Source: Gemmatimonadales bacterium
GTDB taxonomy: Bacteria > Gemmatimonadota > Gemmatimonadetes > Gemmatimonadales > GWC2-71-9
DNA length: 64,000 nt
Direction: 5' to 3'
Assembly (NCBI GenBank): GCA_036501385.1
Contig: DASYAK010000013.1
Coordinates: forward strand, 21,023 to 85,022
Both the position numbers and the translations under genes were made by a program. The notes beneath the pieces were generated by a model. The model had not been told where the DNA came from. It saw only the letters and a program-made list of their open reading frames with translations, and did no database searches. Positions 47,306 through 58,072 of the stretch are shown here, piece by piece (the stretch's first letter is position 1; each line of letters starts with the position of its first letter).

Positions 47306-47785
47306 ATGACCACCGATCCCAATCCGCTCCTCCGACACACGCTCGCCACGCTCGCCTATCGCGCCGACAAGGCGCTGCGCGACGCACCGCCGGGCTTCAG
47401 CACTTTTCGAGCAGGTCCGTCGTCGCGTTCGCCCGGCGAAATCCTGGCGCATCTCGGCGATCTCCTCGACTGGGCTGCTTTCCTCGCACGCGGTACGCAG
47501 CAGTGGCAGCCAGTCACTCCGGGCGATTGGGACGCTGATGTGCTGCGCTTCTTCGCGGCGGTGCAAGCCCTCGACGTCGTGCTGCAATCGGACTTGGTCA
47601 CCGACGACGCGTCGCGACGCGTCTTTCAGGGACCGATCGCCGATGCGCTGACCCATGTGGGCCAGCTCAACTTCCTGCGTCGGCTCGCGGGAAGCCCCGT
47701 CAAGGCTGAGAACTATGCCCGCGCAAGCGCGATTCGCGCCGGGAATCTCGGCCCCAGATTCGGTGGCCCCCGCGCCGAGTTCTGA
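47306..47785 (+). CDS. DinB-family-like four-helix protein
   Basis: 159 aa from the ATG at 47306 (the ORF-track start at 47216 is possible). Spaced His residues (ILAHLGD, ALTHVGQL) resemble the DinB-type metal triad. This is a weak call. Confidence 0.45.
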   Translation: MTTDPNPLLRHTLATLAYRADKALRDAPPGFSTFRAGPSSRSPGEILAHLGDLLDWAAFLARGTQQWQPVTPGDWDADVLRFFAAVQALDVVLQSDLVTDDASRRVFQGPIADALTHVGQLNFLRRLAGSPVKAENYARASAIRAGNLGPRFGGPRAEF

Positions 47786-47802
47786 CCGACTAACCTTCAG
47801 CC

Positions 47803-49215
47803 ATGCTCCGACATTTCGTTGCGATCCTCCTCTGCGCGGTGCTCGCCGCGCGCCTCGACGCCCAGACACTGACGATCACCAACGCCACGGTCGTCGACGT
47901 GTCCACCGGCGCGATGCACCGCGGTACTACGGTGATCATCGACAGCAATCGCATCGTGAGCGTCGGAACTGCCCGGCCGGCGCGACCACGTGGGCAACTG
48001 GTCGATGCTCACGGGATGTATCTCATTCCGGGCCTCTGGGATATGCACACCCACACCTATTACAGCACGACGGCCGATCTCACCGAGAGCTATACACTCC
48101 CGCTCTTCATTGCGAACGGGATCACCGGCGTGCGTGACATGGGGAGCGCGCTCGACGATGTCCTGCGGGCCCGCGGTGCAATCGCCGCGCACCGGATGGT
48201 CGGGCCGCGGATGGTTGTCGCCGGGCCGATGCTCGATGGTCCGTCGGCTCGCAGTCGAACCGAAATAGCGATCACCACGGCCGAGAGCGGCCGGAACGCC
48301 GTCGATTCGCTGGTGGATCGCGGCGTCGACTTCATCAAGGTGCAATCGGGTGTCCCGCACGACGGTTACCTGGGGATTGCCGCGGAGGCGAAGCGGCGAG
48401 GTATTGTCTTCGAGGGCCACGTGCCCGACGCGGTGACTGCATCGGAGGCGGTCGCCTCGGGCCAGCACACCTTCGAACATCTGATCGGGATCTTCGAGGC
48501 GAGCACCCCGGACGAAGACGAGTACGTCACGCGCCGATATGGTGCGGGGACCGATCCGGCGAAGAACAAGAGTCTGGCTTCGCTACTGCGCGGATACGAT
48601 CCGGCACGCGAAGCGACCATCATCGCACTGCTGGCGAAGAATCAGGTGTGGCAGTGCCCCACGCTCTTCTGGGAGCGCGGGCAGTGGCTCGTCGACGTGA
48701 TCGATTTCACCAAGGACCCGGACTCGGCGTTCATCCTGAAGTCGTGGATGACCCGGCGGTATCCGTCGTCGCAGCGGTCGATCGCCCGGAGCATGGATGC
48801 TGATTCGCTCGCCGTGCGCGAACGATTTGTTCAGCACGAACTCGATATCGTCCACAAGTTGTACGTGGCGGGTGTTCCGCTCCTCGCCGGAACCGACACG
48901 CCGGCAGGTGTCGATCTCGTGCCGGGGATTTCGCTGCATCTGGAGTTGCAGCGTTTCGTCGCCGCGGGGCTCACGCCGCTCCAGGCACTGCGGACGGCGA
49001 CGATCAACCCGGCACGGTTCCTCGGCAGGACCGGCGATTTTGGCAGCGTGCAGGCCGGGCGCATCGCCGACCTCGTGCTCCTGACCGGCAATCCGCTCAC
49101 CAACATCGAGAACACCCGCACGGTCGCAGGGGTTGTTGCCGACGGCCGCTACTGGTCGCAGGCATCGCTCGACTCGCTTCGAAACCAGATCAAGGCGGTT
49201 GCCGCGGCGCATTGA
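47803..49215 (+). CDS. secreted metal-dependent amidohydrolase-family protein
   Basis: 470 aa with a signal peptide ending LDAQ. The metal-binding motif is GLWDMHTHT. There is a TIM-barrel amidohydrolase pattern and a C-terminal GRIADLVLL. Confidence 0.8.
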   Translation: MLRHFVAILLCAVLAARLDAQTLTITNATVVDVSTGAMHRGTTVIIDSNRIVSVGTARPARPRGQLVDAHGMYLIPGLWDMHTHTYYSTTADLTESYTLPLFIANGITGVRDMGSALDDVLRARGAIAAHRMVGPRMVVAGPMLDGPSARSRTEIAITTAESGRNAVDSLVDRGVDFIKVQSGVPHDGYLGIAAEAKRRGIVFEGHVPDAVTASEAVASGQHTFEHLIGIFEASTPDEDEYVTRRYGAGTDPAKNKSLASLLRGYDPAREATIIALLAKNQVWQCPTLFWERGQWLVDVIDFTKDPDSAFILKSWMTRRYPSSQRSIARSMDADSLAVRERFVQHELDIVHKLYVAGVPLLAGTDTPAGVDLVPGISLHLELQRFVAAGLTPLQALRTATINPARFLGRTGDFGSVQAGRIADLVLLTGNPLTNIENTRTVAGVVADGRYWSQASLDSLRNQIKAVAAAH

Positions 49216-49257
49216 TACGCCGTTGCGGAACTGGCGACCGGATGACACCTTTCCGGC

Positions 49258-49653
49258 GTGACGTCGCCCCATCTCAGTTTGGTCCGTCGCGCGGTCAACA
49301 CCCTTGCCGCACTCCTGACCCTCGCCGCACCGGTCACCCCGATGGTGCACGCGGCGGCAATGGAGCGCGGGTCAACGATGGGACACGATCATGTCGCGTG
49401 TGATCACGCCCCCGCGACTAGTCACCACACGGGCACGCCTGGACACCCGGCCCACCAGCACGACGGCAGCTGCTGTGACTTTTGCGGCACCTGTGGCACG
49501 GCGCCGGCGATCTGGACCGGAACAACGCCGGCTATCACCGCGCTGTCCGTTGAACTGTGGCCGGCTCCGATGGCCCCACTCTCGACCATCACCCCATCCC
49601 GTCCTCCCTACTCGCTTCCCCTTCCGCTCGGCCCTCCCGCACTCCTTGCCTGA
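49258..49653 (+). CDS. His/Cys-rich small exported protein (DUF2946-like?)
   Basis: 131 aa with a GTG start and a hydrophobic N-terminus. The metal-binding-like stretch is HDHVACDHAPATSHHTGTPGHPAHQHDGSCCDFCGTCG, and the tail is Pro-rich. It sits directly upstream of CopC and a TonB receptor. Confidence 0.45.
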   Translation: MTSPHLSLVRRAVNTLAALLTLAAPVTPMVHAAAMERGSTMGHDHVACDHAPATSHHTGTPGHPAHQHDGSCCDFCGTCGTAPAIWTGTTPAITALSVELWPAPMAPLSTITPSRPPYSLPLPLGPPALLA

Positions 49654-49755
49654 GACCGCTCCGCGCCGCGGAGCTCCGTCATTCATTGTCAGAACACGCC
49701 GCTCAGTCAGGGCAAATGGTGCCTTGCGCCGACCAGCGCACCGCTGCCGCCCCGC

Positions 49756-49768
49756 TGTGACGGTCACA
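49756..49768. promoter_or_regulatory. 13-bp perfect palindrome TGTGAC-G-GTCACA, a candidate operator upstream of copC
   Basis: The inverted repeat was read directly from the sequence. It lies 15 nt upstream of the copC ATG (49783), immediately before GGAAATGGAG. Confidence 0.25.
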
Positions 49769-49782
49769 CAGGAAATGGAGCA

Positions 49783-50151
49783 TTGCTCATGTTCAAGGGG
49801 ATTCTTGCCCTCGCCGTCGTCACGAGCGCGGCCGGTGCGATGATGTTTCACGCTGGGCTGAAGTCGTCCGTTCCCGCGAAGAACGCGATCCTGGCCGCGT
49901 CGCCAAGGACCATCTCGCTGACGTTTACCGAAGGCGTCATCCTCCCCGCAACCGGCATCTCGATTCTCAAGGCCGACTCGACGCTGGTCGAGAAGCTCGT
50001 CGTCAGAGCGGTGGCCGGTGATACCACCGTCGCGGGCAACGTCACCAGGACGCTGCCGCGCGGAACGTACATCGTCAAGTGGAAAAACGGTGCGAAGGAT
50101 GACGGGCACGCAAACACAGGCACGTTCTCGTTCAAGGTGATGGGGCAATGA
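49783..50151 (+). CDS. copC: CopC-domain periplasmic copper-binding protein
   Basis: 122 aa. The signal peptide is followed by HAGLKSSVPAKNAILAASPRTISLTFTEGV...LPRGTYIVKWKNGAKDDGHANTGTFSFKV, which matches the CopC pattern. The stop overlaps the receptor ATG (ATGA). Confidence 0.75.
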   Translation: MLMFKGILALAVVTSAAGAMMFHAGLKSSVPAKNAILAASPRTISLTFTEGVILPATGISILKADSTLVEKLVVRAVAGDTTVAGNVTRTLPRGTYIVKWKNGAKDDGHANTGTFSFKVMGQ

Positions 50152-52175
50152 GCACTGCATCGATTCGAGCCGCCGCCGCGTTGACGCTGCTGGTTTGTGT
50201 GGCGGCCCGCGGCGCTGCCGCCCAGGATACGACCAAGGTGCGGCATGATACCACTACCGCGTCGGACACACTGACCCGCACACCGGTCACACTCCAGTCG
50301 ATCACCGTGACATCGGCGACGGCGCCACCGCAGGCACCGATCAGCATCACCCGCATCACACCCGCCGTCATCGCCGCGACACCGGCGACGTCGCCATGGG
50401 ATCTCCTCCGGCAGGTGGCGGGGATCGAGGTGCACGAGCAGGGGCAAGGCCCTGGTTTCGCGTCGGATGCGTCGATCCGTGGCTTCTCCTCCGACCACTC
50501 GACCGACATCGCACTCTGGATCGACGGCGTGCCCGTCAATGAACCGGTCAACGGTCACGCCGAGGGATACAACGACTGGAGCCTGCTGATGCCGCAGGCA
50601 GTGCAGAGCATGGAAGTGCTCAAGGGGCCAACCAGCGCGGTCTACGGCAACTTCGCGATGGCCGGCGTCGTCAATGTGCTCACGCGCGAGCGGATGTCGG
50701 GCGAGGAGTTCACGCTCGACGGCGGTGCCAACGGGCGCGCCGACGGAACCTTCTTCACCGGTCTCGACCGGCCGAACACCGGTCTCGTCGTAGGGATTCG
50801 CGGAATGCGCGACGGCGGGTGGCGGCCCAACAGCGAGCAGCATCTGGGACAGTTCTACGGGCGGCTGGTGCAACAGATCTCGCCGTCAGCGACCCTCGAC
50901 GTGGGCACCCAGCTCTACGGCGCTGGATGGGATTCACCAGGGTTCCTGTCGGCCGATCAGTTCGCTGCCGGCGACGTCGATCATGTCTCCGATACCACCG
51001 ACGGCGGCACCAAGCGCCACGCGCTCGAGCGCGCCTCGCTCAGGATGGTGCTCAATCCCAATCTTGCCTGGCGCACCACGACATACGCGACGCAGGGGAA
51101 CTGGAATTTCTTCCTCACCGTCCCGCCCGAACCGGGCGAAGGCGAAGGATCGGGAAGCCAGACGCAGGAAATCGATGTCCGGAACGGATGGGGCGCCACC
51201 AGTGCACTCACCTGGGTCAAGGAACGGATCCAGGTGACGGTCGGTGGCGAAGGGCGGGCAGACTACTCGAACTATCAGCGCTGGTTCACCACCGCGCGGG
51301 TGCACGATTCGTCCGACGCTCTGATCGATGCGCGACAGGTCTCGGGCGCGCTCTTTCTGCAGTCGAGTCTTGACCTGACCCAGCACGTTCGTGTCACGGT
51401 GGGCGGTCGCTACGACGATGTCGGAACGCAATCGGCGCCGGTGGGCGACACCGCCGTGTCGGCATCGCACAGCGTCTTCTCGCCCAAGCTGGGCGCGCTT
51501 CTGCATCTCCCGCACGTCGGCAACGTCTACGCCAACGTGTCCCGCGGATTCCGGAGCACCGACGGAGTGATCGAGGATCCGACGCTGCCATTCATCACCG
51601 AATGGGCATACGAGACGGGAATGCACATCGACGCCGGGCATGTGACCGGGAGTGCGGCGCTCTTCCGCACCGATGTCAGCAACGAACAGAGCTTCGACCC
51701 GATCCTCCTTACCAGCACGAACGGCGGGCGAAGCCGTCGGCAGGGTGTCGAGATTACCCTCGCGACGCCGCTCGGCCAGTACGCGCGGATGACGGGAGAC
51801 TGGACGTTCACCAACGCGAAGTATCTCGATCAGGTGACTCCCGACGGCGACACGCTCAACAGCACGACCGTGGCGAACACCGCAAAGTATGTCGGCGATG
51901 TCGCGCTCGAGATCGGTGCGGTGACGGCGCCGTGGTCGCTGCGGCTCTCATCCAATGTGGTCGGACCGTACACCCCGTTCGATGAAACCGGAGTGGAACT
52001 GCCGGCCTATGCGCTCTTCCACGCATCGGGGCGGCTGATCGTCGGGTCGCGGACAACCTTGCGCCTGGGAATTCGCAATCTCCTGAACAAGGAATATCCC
52101 GAGTTGCGCGCCGGCGGCTTCGTCTCGCCCGGGCAGCCGCGGTCGGTGTACGGCGGGGTGAGCTACGTGATGTAG
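50148..52175 (+). CDS. TonB-dependent outer-membrane receptor
   Basis: 675 aa with a signal peptide ending GAAAQ. Plug motifs are IEVHEQG, IRGFS, DGVPVNEP and KGPTSAVYGN. A beta-barrel region follows. Confidence 0.85.
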   Translation: MSTASIRAAAALTLLVCVAARGAAAQDTTKVRHDTTTASDTLTRTPVTLQSITVTSATAPPQAPISITRITPAVIAATPATSPWDLLRQVAGIEVHEQGQGPGFASDASIRGFSSDHSTDIALWIDGVPVNEPVNGHAEGYNDWSLLMPQAVQSMEVLKGPTSAVYGNFAMAGVVNVLTRERMSGEEFTLDGGANGRADGTFFTGLDRPNTGLVVGIRGMRDGGWRPNSEQHLGQFYGRLVQQISPSATLDVGTQLYGAGWDSPGFLSADQFAAGDVDHVSDTTDGGTKRHALERASLRMVLNPNLAWRTTTYATQGNWNFFLTVPPEPGEGEGSGSQTQEIDVRNGWGATSALTWVKERIQVTVGGEGRADYSNYQRWFTTARVHDSSDALIDARQVSGALFLQSSLDLTQHVRVTVGGRYDDVGTQSAPVGDTAVSASHSVFSPKLGALLHLPHVGNVYANVSRGFRSTDGVIEDPTLPFITEWAYETGMHIDAGHVTGSAALFRTDVSNEQSFDPILLTSTNGGRSRRQGVEITLATPLGQYARMTGDWTFTNAKYLDQVTPDGDTLNSTTVANTAKYVGDVALEIGAVTAPWSLRLSSNVVGPYTPFDETGVELPAYALFHASGRLIVGSRTTLRLGIRNLLNKEYPELRAGGFVSPGQPRSVYGGVSYVM

Positions 52176-52318
52176 TGTCGACGAAACCGGGGGATGGACG
52201 CACGATCGCCGGCTGGTTCGAGACGTCGGTGCGTCGAGGTAATGATTGGCCCTGTCCGGCCATCGCCGCGGTAGATTCTCCCGGTCACCTTCCCCCGAGA
52301 TCATCCCCGGAGCAATCG

Positions 52319-53236
52319 ATGCACCGCCTGTGGCTGCTGCTCTGCACCGCTGTCGTCATCCCGATCGCCCTTGCCGCCCAGGGCGCAACCTTCGACACCG
52401 CCTTCGCCCCGGGCGCCAATTACAACAAGGCTGCGTTCCGATTCTGGTATCCCGGCGGAAACGAGCGCATCCGCACCGTGGTGGCGCTCCTCCCCGGTTC
52501 CAACGGCGACGGTCGCGGAGAGGTCGCCGACACTGTCTGGCAGCGTTTTGCGCGAGAGCATCATGCGGCACTCATCGGCGTGCAGCTCACCGACAAGCCG
52601 CACGACCAGGGATTCATCGAAGAGTATGTCGATGTATCACGTGGCAGCGGCGACACATTCCTGAGCGCGCTCAGCGCCTTCGCGGCGGTTTCTCATCACC
52701 CTGAGATTGCGACGGCGCCGCTCCTCTTGTGGGGGATGTCGGCCGGCGGCGAGTTCAACTACGAGTTCGCCGCCTGGCATCCGGAACGGGTCGCAGCCTT
52801 CGTGGTGAACAAGGGGAACATCTACTACACGGCGCTCACGCCACGAGCCACGCGCAACATCCCGGCGATCCTCTTCGTGGGCGGAAAGGATCTTGCCTAC
52901 CGGATCGAGACAGTGACCGGGCTCTTCGCCGTCAACCGTCGTGCCGGAGCGCTCTGGGCGCTGGCGACCGAGCCCGGTGCCGGCCATATCGTCGGGCGGT
53001 CCCGCGACGTCGCCCTGGTTTTCTTCGATGATGTGCTCCGGCTGCGCCTCCCCGAGTCGACCGACACGCTCCTCCCGGTTTCAGCAGCGAGTGGCGTTCT
53101 CGGCGACCTCGCCGACGATTCATATCACGCCGCCGGGTCCGCCGCGTCGCCGCAGGCACCAACGGCCTGGTTGCCGACCGACCGCGTGGCCCGGGCGTGG
53201 CAGGCGATGATGAAAGACGAGCCCTTCACCCCCTGA
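52319..53236 (+). CDS. secreted alpha/beta hydrolase (esterase/depolymerase-like)
   Basis: 305 aa from the ATG at 52319. The signal peptide is MHRLWLLLCTAVVIPIALAAQ and the nucleophile elbow is GMSAGG. Confidence 0.6.
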   Translation: MHRLWLLLCTAVVIPIALAAQGATFDTAFAPGANYNKAAFRFWYPGGNERIRTVVALLPGSNGDGRGEVADTVWQRFAREHHAALIGVQLTDKPHDQGFIEEYVDVSRGSGDTFLSALSAFAAVSHHPEIATAPLLLWGMSAGGEFNYEFAAWHPERVAAFVVNKGNIYYTALTPRATRNIPAILFVGGKDLAYRIETVTGLFAVNRRAGALWALATEPGAGHIVGRSRDVALVFFDDVLRLRLPESTDTLLPVSAASGVLGDLADDSYHAAGSAASPQAPTAWLPTDRVARAWQAMMKDEPFTP

Positions 53237-53266
53237 CGCGCGGCGCGTCGTGCCGCCGTGCGTCAG
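53233..53266. terminator. GC-rich hairpin overlapping the hydrolase stop codon
   Basis: Bases 53233-53245 pair with 53254-53266 (12 Watson-Crick pairs plus one G-U) around an 8-nt loop. There is no U-tract. Confidence 0.35.
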
Positions 53267-53375
53267 GTCCGCAGGCCTCGCTGCAACCATCGCGGGGTCC
53301 CGAGTGTCCTATCAAGGTTGACCGTCGCATCGTCGAGCGCATTCGCGCCGAGGATCGCGGCGCCTCTTTTCCCCG

Positions 53376-55841
53376 ATGGCGGGCCTCATGGGATCGTTGC
53401 TGAGCGACTTCCGCTACGCCGCGCGCCGCCTCCGGCATTCGCCGGCGTTCACCCTGATCGTGGTGCTGACGCTCGCGCTCGGGATCGGGGCCAATTCGGC
53501 AATCTTCAGCGTGGTGAACACCGTCCTGCTGGTCCCGATGCCGTATCGCGATCCGTCGCGGCTGGTCACGATCTATCACCACTACCCCTCGATCAAGCTC
53601 GAAGCACCGGTTTCCGCCCCGGGCTTCCACGACTATCGCGATCGCACCCATTCGTTCAGCGGGGTCGGCGTCGAGGCGGCGTGGAGCGTCAACCTCACCG
53701 GCGTCGGCGATCCACAGCGCCTGGTGGGCGGTCGCGCGAGCGGCCTCTTCTTCCCGACGCTCGGCGTGACGCCGGCGATGGGGCGGGTCATCTCCAACGA
53801 CGACGATCAGGCGGGGCACAATCAGGTCGTGGTGTTGAGCCACGGCCTCTGGCTCCGCGACTTCGGCGCGAGACCCGACGTGGTGGGGCAACCGGTGCAA
53901 CTCAACGGCGTCGCGTATCAGGTGATCGGCGTGATGCCCAGGGAGTTCATCGATCCGTTCAACCCGAAGGTCGAGATCTGGACCCCGGTCGCGATCGACC
54001 CCGCGCAGTTCGTGCCCAGCAATTACACCTCCGAGTATCTCAACCTCATCGCGCGGTTGAAGCCGGGGACCACTCTCGACGGTGCCCGCCGCGAAATGGC
54101 GGCGTTCGCCACGCGGCTCAAGAAGGACAACCCGACGAACTTCTCGCCCGACTGGACCCTCGAAGTCCGGACCATGAGCGACGTGCAGACCGGGGCGATC
54201 CGCCCGGCGCTCCTCATTCTCCTCGGTGCCGTGGGGTTCGTGTTGCTGATCGCCTGCGGCAACGTGGCGAACTTGATGCTGGCGCGCGCCGCGACGCGTC
54301 AGCGCGAAGTCGCCGTTCGCGCGGCACTCGGCGCCACGCGTTGGCACCTGATGCGCCAGTTGCTTGCCGAAAGCCTGCTGCTGTCGCTATCGGGCGGAGT
54401 CCTCGGTCTTGCCATCGCCTTCGGCAGCGTCAAGGCGCTGATCGCCTCCAATCCGGGCCGTCTCCCGCGCGTCGGCGACCTGGCGATCGACTCGCACGTC
54501 GTCGCCTTCACCCTGGTGATTGCGATCGCGACCGGGATCCTCTTCGGGCTGGCTCCAGCGCTCCGGGCGTGGCACACCGATTTGCAGCCGTCGCTCAAGG
54601 ACGGGGCGCGCGGTGGCACCGCGGATCGAAGCGGACAGCGGATCCGGCGCGCACTCGTGATCGCGGAGATCGCGCTGGCGCTGATGCTGCTCGCCGGCGG
54701 AGGATTGCTGATCCGGAGCTTTGCGCGTCTTGCCGGCGTGTCACCGGGGTTCCAGCCCGATCACCTGCTGACCTTCGCCATCGGGCTTCCTCCGGCCAAG
54801 TACAAGAATGACACCGTGCAGACGGCGTTCTGGTCGGCGCTGATGCCGCGACTCGAGCAGGTGCCCGGCGTGGTGGCAGCCGCTGGGACGACGGTCGTTC
54901 CATTCGGCGGGAACTGGTCGACCGGCAGTTTCAATGTCGAAGGGTATACACCGCCCCAGGGGAGCAACGGACCATGGGGCGACATCCGGACCGTGTCGCC
55001 CGACTTCTTCACGGCGATGCGGATCCCGCGGCACGCCGGACGCACGTTTACCGCGCACGACGATGACCATGCTGTCCCCGTCGCCGTGGTCGACGACCAG
55101 TTCGTGAAGCGGTTCTATCCCGCTGGCGTCGATCCGATCGGCAAGCGGATCTACTTCGGCAGCAGCACGCCCGATTCGACCACGAAATACATTACCATCG
55201 TCGGCGTGGTGGGGCACGCGGCGCACGAAGGGCTCGACGCCGATCTGAGGATTCAGCTGTACCTCAGTCTCCTCCAGCCATCAACGACCGGCGGTGGCGT
55301 CGCTCGCCTCGATATCGTGGTCCGCACCGCCGGTGATCCCCTCGCTGCGACCGGTGCCATCCGGGCTGCACTGCGCGACCTCGATCCCGAACTGCCGATG
55401 GCGCGTGTCACCACACTGGACGAACTCATGTCGGCTTCGATGGGGCAGCGGCGGCTGTCGACGATTCTCCTCGCCGTCTTCGCCGGGCTGGCGCTCCTGC
55501 TGGCCTCGCTCGGCATCTACGGCGTGATGTCGTTCACCGTGGCGCAACGCACCCGCGAGTTCGGCCTGCGCGTTGCCCTCGGCGCTAGCCGTGAGAATGT
55601 CATCGGTCTCGTGCTGCATCAGGGGATCGTCCTCGCGGGAGCAGGCACGCTGATCGGGCTTGCCGGCGCGTTTGGACTCACCCGTCTGATCGCGTCGCAA
55701 CTCTATGGCGTTCGCGCCACCGACCCGGAAACCTTCGCGGCCGTGACCGTTCTGCTCGCCGTCGTCGCACTCGGCGCCACGGTGATCCCGGCCTGGCGAG
55801 CGACCCGCATCGATCCGCTGGTGGCGCTGCGGGATGAATGA
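53376..55841 (+). CDS. ADOP-family duplicated MacB/FtsX-type ABC permease with no adjacent ATPase
   Basis: 821 aa. The N-terminus is [38 protein letters not shown]. There are two FtsX-like four-TM modules. The C-terminus is [18 protein letters not shown]. Confidence 0.85.
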   Translation: MAGLMGSLLSDFRYAARRLRHSPAFTLIVVLTLALGIGANSAIFSVVNTVLLVPMPYRDPSRLVTIYHHYPSIKLEAPVSAPGFHDYRDRTHSFSGVGVEAAWSVNLTGVGDPQRLVGGRASGLFFPTLGVTPAMGRVISNDDDQAGHNQVVVLSHGLWLRDFGARPDVVGQPVQLNGVAYQVIGVMPREFIDPFNPKVEIWTPVAIDPAQFVPSNYTSEYLNLIARLKPGTTLDGARREMAAFATRLKKDNPTNFSPDWTLEVRTMSDVQTGAIRPALLILLGAVGFVLLIACGNVANLMLARAATRQREVAVRAALGATRWHLMRQLLAESLLLSLSGGVLGLAIAFGSVKALIASNPGRLPRVGDLAIDSHVVAFTLVIAIATGILFGLAPALRAWHTDLQPSLKDGARGGTADRSGQRIRRALVIAEIALALMLLAGGGLLIRSFARLAGVSPGFQPDHLLTFAIGLPPAKYKNDTVQTAFWSALMPRLEQVPGVVAAAGTTVVPFGGNWSTGSFNVEGYTPPQGSNGPWGDIRTVSPDFFTAMRIPRHAGRTFTAHDDDHAVPVAVVDDQFVKRFYPAGVDPIGKRIYFGSSTPDSTTKYITIVGVVGHAAHEGLDADLRIQLYLSLLQPSTTGGGVARLDIVVRTAGDPLAATGAIRAALRDLDPELPMARVTTLDELMSASMGQRRLSTILLAVFAGLALLLASLGIYGVMSFTVAQRTREFGLRVALGASRENVIGLVLHQGIVLAGAGTLIGLAGAFGLTRLIASQLYGVRATDPETFAAVTVLLAVVALGATVIPAWRATRIDPLVALRDE

Positions 55842-56021
55842 ACGCTGTCCGGATTCGGGACGGCGAATTTCGGCTTCGCACAGAAGCTGGTTGCAGCCGC
55901 GCCAGCCTGATGAGCCAAGTCATGATTCGACAAGGAGTTGCCGGAAATGCCGCGCGGCACCCCACTTGCCTTGTTCCGGTATGGGGAATTGCCGTGCTGA
56001 CCGCTGATCTGAGGAATTCGC

Positions 56022-57272
56022 GTGGACGTAGCCCGACCGCCCAGGAAAAAGACCGCTCGCAACATCGCCATTGGCGCCGGCGTCGTCGTCCTCGTAGTCA
56101 TGACGATCATGCTCAGCCGGCTTCAGAAGGCCGCACCGACCGTCGACGGGTCGGTGACGATTCAGGACTCGGTACGGCGTGGTGACATGGTGATCGAAGT
56201 GCGCGGGCCGGGCACCCTCGTACCGGAGCAGATCCAGTTTGTCACGGCGCAGTCCAACGCGCGCGTCGATCAGCTGCTGGTGGTGGCCGGTCAGACGGTG
56301 ACCGCGGGCCAGCCGTTGATCAACATGTCGAGTCCCGACGTCGACATCCAGGCGATGCAGGCCGATCAGGCGATCGCGTCGGCGCAATCCGCGCTGATTC
56401 AGCTGCGGACCGACCTGCAGAGCAACCGGCTGACCCAGCAAGGGGTGGTCGCCACAGCGAACACGCAGTACGTGACGGCGAGTCAGGACGCCGAAGCAGC
56501 GGATTCACTGGCCAAGGAAAAGCTGATCGCGCAGTTCGACGTCAACACGAAGCACGCGGCGGCCGCCGAAGCAACCTCGCGGCTTCAGATCGAAAAGGAC
56601 CGCCTCAAGCTGATCGCCGAGAGCGCCGATTCGCAGGTCATCGTGGCGGCGTCGAACATCGCGAGGCTCAAAGCTGTGGCCGACTTCTATCACGAAAAAC
56701 AGAAGTCGCTGTCGGTGCGTGCTCCCGCAGCCGGCGTGGTGCAAGGGTTGATTTTGCAGCAGGGGGAGTTCGTCACCGATGGGACCACGCTCCTCAAGAT
56801 CGTGCAGCCCGGCAAGCTCAAGGCGGTGCTGCAGATTCCCGAATCCAACGCCAAGGACGTGGTGATCGGCCAGCTGGCGAGCATCGACACCCGGAGCAAC
56901 GGCCTCATCCCGGGACATGTGGCGCGCAAGGATCCGTCCGCCGTTGGCGGCACCGTGACCATCGATGTCGCGCTCGATGGGGCGCTTCCGGCCGGTGCCG
57001 TTCCCGACCTCAGTGTTGACGGGACGATCCAGATCGCGAAACTGCACAATGTGCTCTACACCGGTCGGCCCGGGTACGGCGCGCCGACGGGGCCGGTTGG
57101 CCTGTTCAAGATCGTCGAGAACGGCCATGCCGCCGTCCGGGTGCAGGTCCTGCTCGGCCGGAGTTCGGTGACATCGGTCGAAGTGATGAAGGGGCTCAAC
57201 GCCGGCGACAAGGTGATTCTCTCGGACATGTCGCAATGGGATGGGGTGGACCGCGTTCGACTCAAGCAATAG
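56022..57272 (+). CDS. HlyD/MacA-like periplasmic adaptor (membrane fusion protein)
   Basis: 416 aa with a GTG start and an N-terminal TM (IAIGAGVVVLVVMTIML). It has a coiled-coil hairpin region and a beta-barrel C-terminus. AGGAG precedes the next ATG. Confidence 0.8.
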   Translation: MDVARPPRKKTARNIAIGAGVVVLVVMTIMLSRLQKAAPTVDGSVTIQDSVRRGDMVIEVRGPGTLVPEQIQFVTAQSNARVDQLLVVAGQTVTAGQPLINMSSPDVDIQAMQADQAIASAQSALIQLRTDLQSNRLTQQGVVATANTQYVTASQDAEAADSLAKEKLIAQFDVNTKHAAAAEATSRLQIEKDRLKLIAESADSQVIVAASNIARLKAVADFYHEKQKSLSVRAPAAGVVQGLILQQGEFVTDGTTLLKIVQPGKLKAVLQIPESNAKDVVIGQLASIDTRSNGLIPGHVARKDPSAVGGTVTIDVALDGALPAGAVPDLSVDGTIQIAKLHNVLYTGRPGYGAPTGPVGLFKIVENGHAAVRVQVLLGRSSVTSVEVMKGLNAGDKVILSDMSQWDGVDRVRLKQ

Positions 57273-57282
57273 GAGCAGACCA

Positions 57283-57996
<714 letters not shown>

Positions 57997-58072
57997 ACTG
58001 ACGAGAGAAGAGAGAAGAGAGAATAAAGAAGGGGAAAGGGGAAAGGCGCAGCGACGGAAAGGGGAGCAGTCG
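57997..58072 (+). repeat. one-armed GA-rich polypurine tract (GA/TC repeat family, copy C) between the ATPase and permease genes
   Basis: The interval 58003-58047 is purine-only except for one T (58024). ACGAGAGAAGAGAGA (58001-58015) is identical to 28231-28245. No complementary TC arm follows. Confidence 0.6.

Noticed and set aside
55838-56185. 115-aa ORF spanning the spacer upstream of the adaptor gene
   Set aside because: It overlaps the adaptor gene start in another frame and has an Arg-rich, low-complexity translation. It is likely spurious. The spacer more plausibly holds the operon promoter.
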